From: Octopus sinensis | Taxonomy: Eukaryota | Assembly: GCF_006345805.1 (NCBI RefSeq) | Contig: NW_021836963.1 | Coordinates: 1-22,283, forward strand | Direction: 5' to 3' | Length of the DNA: 22,283 nt | Shown here: one piece after another, positions 11,830-21,209 of the stretch | Layout: each line of letters opens with the position of its first letter | Numbering within the stretch: position 1 is the first letter of the stretch | Notes under the pieces: model-generated | What the model was told of the DNA's origin: nothing | Seen by the model: the letters and a program-made list of their open reading frames with translations, nothing else | Databases searched by the model: none | Program-made: the position numbers and the translations under genes

Positions 11830-12345
11830 TATTGTCCCTCTGCCTCTCCCTCTTCTCTCCGCACGTGACCGGTGTTCGGCTAAGCCTGACCTTTCTTTCT
11901 TGGTTCGGCCGCCGTCCGTGCAACTTTTATATTCCTCCCATGCCTGTGAAATCTTGTATCGCTGCCGTAAGGCTTTACCTCCTCACACGCCAGCTTAATT
12001 TATTTCGTCCTTCGTCGAAAGACAACTGTTGTTATATCCTGTTGTTTGTATTTGTGTAACATTCTCCGCTTTTTCCCGTCCTTGTTTTCGTATACATTCG
12101 CTGCTTTATTCCAAGGAATCTAATGCTCTTAACTTAGTTTTTCTTTGGGGCTGGCCAGACTGGAGCAATCTCGAGTATAACCAGCCGAAATTGCAAAGAT
12201 AATCTGGAACTCGACTGAGGAAAGAAAACTCCGAATGACCCGTCTTTGTTTTCTTTGTATCGTCTATCTTAAATTTTTTTCTTGTCCATTTTATTGTATC
12301 ACCTAACCGTCTGCATGTTTTGCATTCTTGTGCCATTTTGTATTT
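11830..12345. mobile_element. Unclassified interspersed repeat, longer copy (12084-12305 homologous to 960-1165), flanked by (TA)n
   Basis: Colinear homology with 960-1165; GC-richer complex sequence between two TA tracts; no recognisable protein motif in the frames I translated. Confidence 0.7.
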
Positions 12346-12407
12346 TTTATATATAAAACATATAGCGGCGTACGTACACTTTGGTCTCTTATATATATAT
12401 ATATATA

Positions 12408-12614
12408 TAGAACAAGTGTAAAGATTTTGCAACATGTAAATACTGAACAGTATATATAAAGGATAAAATCTTTTTAAGAGCAGAGAAATTTGTTGGCAAC
12501 CACATGGCTGGTTGCCGACAACTTTTTCTGCTCTTAAAAGGATTTTATTTTTTTTCATATATATATACTGTACAGTATTTAAGTGTTGCAAAATATATCT
12601 TTCTAATTGTTCTA
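12408..12614. mobile_element. 207-bp foldback / MITE-like palindrome
   Basis: Inner arms 12463-12502 and 12509-12548 are 36/40 complementary around a 6-nt loop (CATGGC). Outer arms TAGAACAA..TTTGCAACA..TAAATACTG.ACAGTATATATA also pair with 12557-12614. No clear TSD. Confidence 0.85.
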
Positions 12615-12784
12615 CAATGCATTTCAGCGCTTCAAAAACAAACTTGTTTGTTTACATATGACGTAGCCTTTACATGTATATACACATATATATGCATATA
12701 TACATACATACACACAGACATATATGTGTATATATGTATGTATATCTATCTCTCTATATAAATATATATAAATATATATAGATA

Positions 12785-12833
<49 letters not shown>

Positions 12834-13368
12834 TAAACTAAATGTAGCTTTGTATTTAAATGAACTAAGAGGCATAATATATTGTAAACGGGTATTTCAT
12901 GAATACCCTGAACTGTAAACCTTGTACCTTTATTATCCTATTACGACTGATTTTCCCCTTTTCTTTCGTATCTCAACACTTCAAAATTATGAAGCATTTA
13001 ATACATGTTCATATCTTTCCAGATTGTTTCGGAAAATATTCGACTCCATCGTATTCTCCGTGATCCAAATTATATTTCAAGTATGGATTAAAACTACAAC
13101 AAAAAAAATGTCACCTAAATGCAAACTGGCTTTTAGAAAGCAACGACGAATTGAAACGTTTAGGTACCATGTGGCAGCTTTGGCCTGTTGGCAAAACCGC
13201 GGCTTACACAGCAAGATTGGATTGAAAGTATAATCGTGAGCATCGAAACCCCTTACTCGCATTGTTGGAATCAACAAAGTTTTTTATGATGATCAAATAT
13301 GTAAATACTTAACGCTAGATATTCAAATTCTCGTACTGCCTCTGAACGACACATACGCCATGACATTT

Positions 13369-15630
13369 TTAATCTATCAATACGTCTACACCAAAGAGTA
13401 GAGGTGTTGGTACAAGACGCCCCATTATCCAGACGGCTTCAGGGTGTATTCTATTTTGCACGGGAGTCTGACCAGAGGATACGGTCAACATGGTATCATC
13501 CTCGTCATCACTGAACTCGTCAATGGACAGTGATGCTGGCAGGTTGTTGCTCGCCTTGGAACTAGATGATCGTGTGTTCGTAATCAGTCAGTTCCCATCC
13601 GTACTGCGGTTGTTGGTCAAGCAACAATTGTCCGGCATCTCTCCACAAGTTCGCACCAAAATCTTGCACATTGGTATTGTTACAAAATTCCATTGTGGCA
13701 CGGTGGTAGACTGCTTGCGTCGATTCCCTTCAGTCTCTCGAGTGGATCTTTTGCTTTAACGCATGGGAAGAATGCTTTCTCGAAGACTGCGTTACGAGCG
13801 TCGTTGATGCTGGTACAGCTTGTTTGGTGATATATGCGACAGGTGTATTTTTCTATAACGGTGAATGTTTCCAGGTCTGGGTCAGCATCACCTAGCTTGG
13901 CAAATGCATACTGGAATTCTGTGTTCTCCTCAAGGATTTGAAGAGGCCGTATCTTTCCTTGCCTGTCAAAAGAAGATGTGTAGTCACAGCCTGTAAATGC
14001 GTGAAATCCAGGCAGAGCTTTGCACATGAGAGGCCCAATCGATGCTGCTATCTGCGACAGGTTGACGTACCGCCGAGTGTTCTGGCCGCTCGTTCCCACT
14101 TCCATCCATACTGCGGCCTTCACTTTCTCGAGATGATATAGCATGATTACAGTGATATCGGTATCAGACGCACGGATGACAATTCCTTCATAGTCTTGTG
14201 CCATGTGCAGCACATGAGGAACCACCCGTGTAGCTCCCTCATCATGGTTGCAGTCCAGTTCTGGAGCTCTCTCTCGAATCATGACGCCATGATTATTACG
14301 GTACCTCCAGCACTGACTTCCAGTTCCGACGTACATGGTTTGAGTACCCAGAATCGACGAGTATTCGTCTTTCTCCCGCTCTTGAGCTAGGAACTGGGGG
14401 GTTCCTAGCTCAAGAGGACCCATAAAAATTCCGGTAGAAAGTTTTCACCAAGTCTGTAGGGTCCTCCTCCCCGTGCAGTAAAGCCTCTGTGGTCAGTGGA
14501 TAGTTCAATATATAATCAGCTTTTTCACTCTCTTCAATTCCTTCCGGAGCAACAGCACCACCTGGTTGAGGATATGCTCAGGGGAGGAACTGAAATCAAA
14601 CGCTGCTCTTACTGCGTCCTCTTGGACTGCAGCAGAATCGACTACCTCACCTAATTTCTTTCTCTTGGGCGATTATATTTTGGTATTATCTTCGAATTTT
14701 CGCACGATCCATTTACTCAAATACTGAGCTGTTGAAAACGACTTAACCCCGGCATCCAGGCAATATTCGACATGTCGTGTGTAAAGGGATGTCAGCAATT
14801 CCGGTCGTTTCTGATTCTGCACGTATTCCCTTATGAAGTCAGAAAGTAATTCTATCGCTTGTGCTTTTGGTTCACTCGTTTTGTCATCCTTTTCCTTCGA
14901 TGCTCGCACGCGTTTGGAGAAAATATTCTTACAGCTTTGATGGTAGTTTACTTCCTTAGCGATCATATCTATTCCAGTGATTTTTCGGAGCACAGTGTCA
15001 CCATTGTTTTTGCTACTATTCTCGTGGCTGCCCATTTAATTGACTCTTGTGCATCGAAAGTTTGCCAAGTAGTCAGACTTTCTTCTCCACTCCTGCCTTT
15101 TGACTTTCGCTTCAAATCGCAGAATACGCAGACCTGAGAGTAAATGCCGGAAGAAGATGTGGGCACCACTGTTGGTATTTTGCGTTTTCTTGAGTCGTTT
15201 CTAGAGGCTGAACATCATCCGTGATAGCTGTGAAATCTTTCTAACAACCACTGTGGTATCCGTGCAAATCAGAAAATGTTTCTGGCAGCTTTTGGATGAT
15301 GTCGTAATAAATGGATGTACGGAATCTTTTTTTACTTGAGCCTTTTGATGCGCCGTTTTGGGTGGATCGCCATTTCTGCTCTGAGAGCGGAAGTAGCAGT
15401 CCACTTTCAGCGCTCTCTTTAGACTTTCTGCTGTGGATAACACAGTGTAATGAGCGATCATTTACACCGGGAGACTGACTGGCCGAGGGTACATTCGCAG
15501 TTTCCGACTGGGACCCGCCAATATTCAATGCTGAATCAGGTGGGATTACGTGGGGATCAGTTTGAGAGGTGACGAGATCGGGGGAATATGAAGGTTACCC
15601 AGGATCGCCAGGTGAGAAATGGTCCTCCAT
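13369..15630 (-). pseudogene. AcademX-type DNA transposon ORF remnant (N-terminal YHxxC regions plus XPG/PIN-like nuclease), with the DDE core deleted
   Basis: ATG at 15630; pieces LHCVIH..HGYHSGC*KDFTAI, CVFCD..IAKEVNYHQSCK, YPLTTEALLHGEEDPTDLVKTFY; then CNHDEGATRVVPH..IVIRASDTDITVI..LPGFHAFTGCDYTSSFDRQGK..SINDAR..LPPC..LWRDA..YGWEL..*FQGEQQP. The HEEADTR/SDTD/HAFTGCD/LPP/GW motif series is characteristic of the XPG-like domain of AcademX proteins. Several stops and frameshifts. Confidence 0.8.
13680..14423 (-). CDS. Uninterrupted 247-codon frame encoding most of the retained XPG/PIN-like nuclease segment of the Academ element (probably not expressed)
   Basis: ORF-track entry 13680..14423 contains the DTD and HAFTGCD motifs; HEEADT has degenerated to HDEGAT. 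Confidence 0.4.
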   Translation of the reverse strand: MGPLELGTPQFLAQEREKDEYSSILGTQTMYVGTGSQCWRYRNNHGVMIRERAPELDCNHDEGATRVVPHVLHMAQDYEGIVIRASDTDITVIMLYHLEKVKAAVWMEVGTSGQNTRRYVNLSQIAASIGPLMCKALPGFHAFTGCDYTSSFDRQGKIRPLQILEENTEFQYAFAKLGDADPDLETFTVIEKYTCRIYHQTSCTSINDARNAVFEKAFFPCVKAKDPLERLKGIDASSLPPCHNGIL

Positions 15631-15882
15631 GATAATTTATTTTTGATGCCCCCTTACTGAATGTGTTGACTAGCGGAAGACGAATATCAGGCGTGTTCGT
15701 ATTCTGATGATCTGAATGTGAATGAATATGAGTAAAGGATTGAATGAACGAAAGCGACGTGCGTTATGTGTTGACAGAAGTCAGCATCAGTAATGGAAGA
15801 AGGATTCCGATCCCATGCAATGGAAAGTTCAAAATTTTTCAGTTAAAGGTATTTTGCCATATTCAATGAGGAGGATATGTTA

Positions 15883-16460
15883 ATTAGTCAAAATGCTTCT
15901 TACATTAGAAATCCATACCTATAATGATTCTTACATGCTATGATTATATTCAGTTTGACGAGCCGAATATTTTTGTGAAAGAATTTACACCGGAGCAGAA
16001 ACTCTAATTAAGACCTAATTAACGATCTAATTTAAAGGCTTCTTATTGTCTTCCAATGCCTGGGATGTTTCTTAATTTCTTCTTTCATGTTAACTGGGTC
16101 TAAGACACGTTTGTTTGTGGCATTCATCCCGTAGCTTGAAAACAGTGTCTCTGTATATTTCTTCTTAATTAGTGTATAGTGATTAGTAGAAAATGCTTCT
16201 TAAATTAGAAATCCATACCTAAAATGGTTCTTAAGTGACATGAATAGATTCAGTTGGCTTTAGTGAACAATTCTGCGAAGAAATTGATGTTAGAGAAGAA
16301 AGTCTAATTAATTGCTAATTAAGTGTCCAATTAAAACTTCTTAATTTGTTTTTCCATACCCGTTTTTTTTTCTTAAGTTTTCATTTAAGTATCACTTGTG
16401 TCCAAGGAGTAATATTCAATGTAATTCATTACTGGAGCTTAAAGTCTAATTAAATTAGTT
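15883..16460. repeat. Diverged tandem duplication, 300-bp period, upstream of the Academ ORF
   Basis: AAATGCTTCTTACATTAGAAATCCATACCTATAATGATTCTTA (15891) vs AAATGCTTCTTAAATTAGAAATCCATACCTAAAATGGTTCTTA (16191); similarity decays over the following ~250 bp. Confidence 0.8.
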
Positions 16461-16810
16461 ATTTACGCAAGTTGATTATCTCATAATTAATTAATCCATG
16501 CTTAATCATACTTAAGAATCCCGTTTCATGGTATTAGGACCATTTGTACACATATTGTGCCTTTCCAGTATTTTGGAGCTTCCAGTCTAATCAAATCAGG
16601 GCTGGCTCTTGGTGTATATAAACAGAGTGTTTCTGGTTTTGTATGTTCTTTGAATTATTATCTAATCTATTTTTGGATTTCAATAAATTTGAGTATTGCA
16701 ATGCCTAGAGGTGAGTTTCATGAATTTGGGAAGTATAGTTCGACAGAAAAATCAGACAGTGTTCTGGTATTATAATTTTCAAGTGCAATTTATATATATA
16801 TTTATATATA

Positions 16811-17000
16811 TAGTCGCCATGATAGATCGGTAGCCACTACACAATTTTTTTCCTTCCTTGTTTTTTCTGTGTCCCTTTCTGTAGAAGAGCGTAGGCTCGA
16901 AACGTAAAAGACTTTTTCTATTGCAGAGCGTTATACTAATACAACTATTTGCTTAGTACACCACCTGTCTTCGTCTTTTGCTTTTTTCGTAAACTCTCCC
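16811..17000 (+). mobile_element. Penelope-like pseudo-LTR repeat, copy 2, flanked by (TA)n on both sides
   Basis: Colinear with 2647-2828; contains the hammerhead-like fold at 16871-16912. Confidence 0.65.
16871..16912 (+). ncRNA. Minimal type-I hammerhead ribozyme-like motif (variant core CUGUAGA plus one extra A)
   Basis: GUCCCUUU-CUGUAGA-A-GAGC(GUAG)GCUC-GAAAC-GUA^AAAGAC. Stem II is 4 bp closed by G-C; stem III is the palindromic ACGU; the cleavage triplet is GUA; stem I is UUU/AAA plus GUC/GAC. Confidence 0.6.
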
Positions 17001-17034
<34 letters not shown>

Positions 17035-17092
17035 CAGAATCTTACATACACGCACACACACATATACGTACAGATAAGTAGTGAGAGGAGAG

Positions 17093-17093
<1 letters not shown>

Positions 17094-17166
<73 letters not shown>

Positions 17167-17178
17167 GATCAATCGATC

Positions 17179-17235
<57 letters not shown>

Positions 17236-17250
17236 GTAGATAGATAGATA
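17094..17250. repeat. (GATA)n/(GA)n array
   Basis: Direct inspection. Confidence 0.95.
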
Positions 17251-17614
17251 ATCTCACCGGTATGATCTCTTTTCTCTTCCACATAAGATATGTTCAATGT
17301 GATATACAAAGACAAAGAGAAAGAGTAGATACATGTTGGGGAGGGAGGTGTAAGAGAAGGGGAGAGAGAGCGAGAAAAAGAGAGGGAGAGAGAGGAAGAA
17401 GAAAGAGAGTGTGTGCGTGTAACAGGCAGTCAGTCAAACAGACTGAGATAAATGGAGATGGACAGAGAGAGACTGAGAGATTGATGGAAAAACGAAGAAA
17501 GTGAAGTTATTAGAATCAATGATGCAGAGAAAACCGAAATGACGTCATAACATCTCCAGGTTGTTTTTGTTATTGATTAAGAGGTGATACAACACAAAAA
17601 GATCTGAACGCACA

Positions 17615-17624
17615 TGTATATATA

Positions 17625-17690
<66 letters not shown>

Positions 17691-18000
17691 TGTATATATA
17701 TATATATATATATTGTATACTTACATATACATATATACGTATATGAATGAATATAATATATATATATATATATACATACATACACATATATATATGGGTA
17801 TATATATATACATACATATATATAATGGATATATATATATACATACATAATATATATGGATATATATATGTGTGCACATATATATGTATATATATATATA
17901 TATATATACCTACGTACATATATAAACATGTATTTATATGCATATATATATATCTGCACACAGACGCATACACACATATATACATATACCTTTATGTATA
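17615..18000. repeat. (TA)n-dominated low-complexity region
   Basis: Direct inspection. Confidence 0.92.
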
Positions 18001-18131
18001 GATGTGTAGATTTCTAAGTTGTGATTGTATGTGTGTATCGTACTACAAATCTTTCCAAATTGGAATAAAGAATTGTTTCTCCCTCTCACTCTATCTCTTT
18101 CTCTCTCTTTCTCTGTCTGTCTGTCTCTGTC

Positions 18132-18172
<41 letters not shown>

Positions 18173-18323
18173 CTTCTATTTGCCTGGGATAGAGAAAAGA
18201 GAAAAAGAAAGAGACCGCGAAAGAAGAAAGAGAAATAGAAAAAAAAAAGAGAGAGAGGAGACTCTAAGAAGATCAGGCGATTTCCGATTTTCTTTATTGA
18301 CCAATCGTTCGGTTCCGTTGCAG

Positions 18324-18398
18324 TAATGTCAGGAAAAACACAAGAAGAATTCCTTCCGTTGAAGGTTGACTTAAATCTTTACAAGACACACAACTTCC
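18324..18398 (+). CDS. Candidate 75-bp coding exon (phase 1-1 or ATG-containing): MSGKTQEEFLPLKVDLNLYKTHNF
   Basis: Branch-like TTGAC, AG-free pyrimidine-leaning tract ending TTGCAG at 18323, donor GTGAGT at 18399, length divisible by 3, only one open frame. Protein not recognised. Confidence 0.35.
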
Positions 18399-18589
18399 GT
18401 GAGTAATGTTCCAAGACTTACTGAAGGCAAAGAAATACGCATCAGAAATGTACATAATATCCTGTAACTGGCAGAAACGCTAGAGCTGTATACTTATGTA
18501 CTTAGAAGTGAGTTATGAGGTGTAGACTAATGTAAAATAACGTTGAGAGTTCAAATCCAGTTGAAGTCGATTTGAATTATTATTATTAC

Positions 18590-18624
<35 letters not shown>

Positions 18625-18642
18625 TATTATTATTACTATTAT

Positions 18643-18952
18643 GGCGGTGAGCTGGCAAAATCGTTAGTACGCCGGGCGATATGCTTAGCGGTATTTCGTC
18701 CGTTGTTACGTTCTGAGTTCAAATTCCGCCGAGGTCGACTTTGCCTTTGATCCCTTCGGGGTGACTTTTGCTCCGAAAGGCAAAAGGTGACTTTGCCTTT
18801 CACCTTTTCGGGATGAATAAAATAAGTACCAGTTGAGTACTCGGGTTGATGTGATCGACTTAAACCCTCCACCAAAATTTCAGGCCTGTACCAATAGTAG
18901 AAATGATTATTATTATTATTGTTGTTGTTGTTGTTGTTGCTATTGTTATTAT
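18643..18952 (+). mobile_element. tRNA-derived SINE, family B, near full length, with internal duplication and (ATT/GTT)n tail
   Basis: GGCGGTGAGCTGGCAAAATCGTTAG..CTGAGTTCAAATTCCGCCGAGGTCGACTTTGCCTTT..AATAAGTACCAG..GTAGAAATG(ATT)n; homologous to 10866-11065. Confidence 0.9.
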
Positions 18953-19003
18953 TAAGACGCAAACTGGCAGAAACCTTATATATAATATATATATATATAT
19001 ATA

Positions 19004-19108
19004 CAGTTTCCGCCTACCAAATCCAGTCACAAGGCTTTGGTCGGCCCGAGACTATATTAGAAGACACTTGCCCAAGGTGCCATGCAGTGGGACTGAACCT
19101 AGAGCCAT
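19004..19108 (-). mobile_element. SINE family A fragment (5' half)
   Basis: CAGTTTCCGCCTACCAAATCC..AAGGCTTTGGTCGGCCCG..AGAAGACACTTGCCCAAGGTGCCATGCAGTGGGACTGAACC is the reverse complement of the family A head/core. Confidence 0.88.
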
Positions 19109-19241
19109 AATTTTATAATTTTCACAATTTTATTTCCATTCTTGTTGGATCCCATTTATCTGTCCAAAACAGCTTTTTTTCCCAAATTCGCTGCAATATT
19201 TTTCTCCGCCTCGAACCTCGGTATGGAACAATAGTTTAGTT

Positions 19242-19367
19242 GGATTGAAGGAATGCATTTGGTCAGTAGTGCAGGAGATGACTTCTGAAATACTTCAAAA
19301 TGTGTTTCGCAACACTAAGGAGAAATTTGAAATTTCCAGGGATACAGGCGGAGCACATGTTGAGAAT
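19242..19367 (+). pseudogene. C-terminal remnant of a second Tc1/mariner-type transposase
   Basis: Translates GLKECIWSVVQEMTSEILQNVFRNTKEKFEISRDTGGAHVEN, resembling the typical 'LKxxI..I/MTxExLxNV..R...GGHxE' tail of Tc1/mariner transposases; no catalytic motif retained. Confidence 0.5.
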
Positions 19368-19976
19368 TTTCAAGAAAGTTTTCACCTAAGATTTATAAAT
19401 CTATTTGTTTTTGTATCATAATTCAGTAATAAATAGTATCATAATCTATAATAATAAAAGCAAAATCCTGTCTGTGCATCCATCTCGGTCTCCTGTATCT
19501 CAATCTTAATTTCCTCTATATAGACATATTATACTTTTTTAGAATCAGGATGATCCTGGGATTGAAACTCTGTCCTTTATTTGGTTCTTGAACATTCAGC
19601 ATTGGGATCAGGTCTGGATAAGTATTTGGTATAAGTTTACAGTTGAAAATTCAAATTTTAAAAGAACTTCAGAAATTTGTGTACTTCGAAGTTTTTCATA
19701 TAAACTGAACTGGGTACCAATGAATGCTTTATTATTATTGCTATCTACCTACTTACCCTCTTTGGCATGTTGGTAAATGGAATAACTATAAAAATGAATC
19801 TTTTCAATTTAAATAAATTCTATATTTATACGCAGCTGAAGATTGCTCTACATTTCAAAACCGATGTAATACTTGCATTGTTTAATTAAATGGAGCTGCA
19901 AGGAACGATCGTACTGCATTACCTTTGAATATCCTTGTTGCTTATTTTGATTATAGTATATAAAATATATATATAT

Positions 19977-20030
19977 ACGACGGGCTTCTTTCAGTTTCCG
20001 TCTACCAAATCCGTTCACAAGCCTTTAGTC
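19977..20030 (-). mobile_element. SINE family A short fragment
   Basis: ACGACGGGCTTCTTTCAGTTTCCGTCTACCAAATCC..CACAAG is the reverse complement of the family A core end. Confidence 0.8.
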
Positions 20031-20589
20031 AACTGTACTGTAGAATTATAATAAATATATAGCAGATAAATTTTAACTACTACATCTTATATGGTCCCTA
20101 AAGGGCCATATGGATCCCGGTTGAGAAGGACTACTTTAGAGGATGATTAAAATGAGTTTTTGCTGCTATTTCTAGCAGGTCGAGGGACCCTACTGTCATT
20201 GTTGTTGGTAGTTTTCGTTGTTGCTAATGTGTTTGTTGTTGTTTCGACGTCGGTCAGCTCCTGGCTGAGCATATTCATCACCTATCAAAGGCGTTCCAGT
20301 CGTGACCATTACGTCTACTACACGGGCATTACGCTTCTAGTATTACATGATCTTTACTCATCCTTTAGCTGAAAACTATTTCAGGAACCTTTGACTGTTT
20401 ATTCTTGCACTGTTAATTCTTCTTTCTCCCACTACTCCCCTACTCTCTCACTCTCTCTCACCCTCTATCTCTCGCTTTGTTTATTTTTCTATTTGTTATG
20501 TATTACGTCACTATACATCCCGTCGTCGATCTGAATGCTGTCTTCTATTTGATTTAAACAATAATCACGGATAACCGGAGACAGACGTA

Positions 20590-20813
<224 letters not shown>

Positions 20814-21202
20814 GGCGCAGGAGTGGCTGTGTGGTAAGTAGCTTGCTTACCAACCACATGGTTCCGGGTTCAGTCCCACTGCGTGGCATCTTGGGCAAGT
20901 GACTTCTGCTATAGCCCCGGGCCGACCAATGCCTTGTGAGTGGATTTGGTAGACGGAAACTGAAAGAAGCCTGTGTGTATATGTTTGTGTGTCTGTCTTT
21001 TTCCCCCTAGCATTGTTTGACAACCGATGCTGGTGTGTTTACGTCCCCGTTACTTAGCGGTTCGGCAAAAGAGACCGATAGAATAAGTACTGGGCTTACA
21101 AAGAATAAGTCCCGGGGTTGATTTGCTCGACTAAAGGCGGTGCTCCAGCATGGCCGCAGTCAAATGAATGAAACAAGTAAAAGAGTAAAAGAGTAAAGAG
21201 TA
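20814..21202 (+). mobile_element. tRNA-derived SINE, family A, full length and well preserved; possible 7-bp TSD ATACATA
   Basis: GGCGCAGGAGTGGCTGTGTGGTAAG (A-box), GGTTCAGTCCC (B-box), TCTTGGGCAAGTGACTT (CORE-like), 3' (AAGAGTAA)n tail. ATACATA at 20807-20813 and 21203-21209 is low complexity, so the TSD is tentative. Confidence 0.93.
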
Positions 21203-21209
21203 ATACATA

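Noticed and set aside
12212-12245. CTGAGGA..CCGAATGACCCGTC in the 960/12084 repeat family resembling a second hammerhead core
   Set aside because: There is no G10.1-C11.1 stem II directly after CUGANGA, GAAA is replaced by GAAU/GGAU, stem I is not supported, and copy 1 reads CTAAGGA.
12106-12591. 161-aa minus-strand ORF
   Set aside because: It runs across a foldback, a TA tract and an interspersed repeat, so it is a composite artefact.
12850-16800. Terminal inverted repeats for the Academ element
   Set aside because: By-eye comparison of 12850-13350 with 15800-16800 gave only a short match around AAACGGG/CCCGTTT, which is insufficient to define the ends.
17539-17548. ATGACGTCAT (perfect CRE palindrome) in a unique island
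   Set aside because: A single short motif with no promoter context; expected by chance.
75-18238. Dozens of ORFs of 60-250 aa with HTHT, CVCV, YIYI, IYLS or SLSL content
   Set aside because: They are translations of di- and tetranucleotide microsatellites that lack stop codons in some frames.
19445-19950. Helitron-like 5' start A|TCTATAATAATAAAAG
   Set aside because: No nearby hairpin-CTRR 3' end was found; kept only as an alternative in the 21209 finding.
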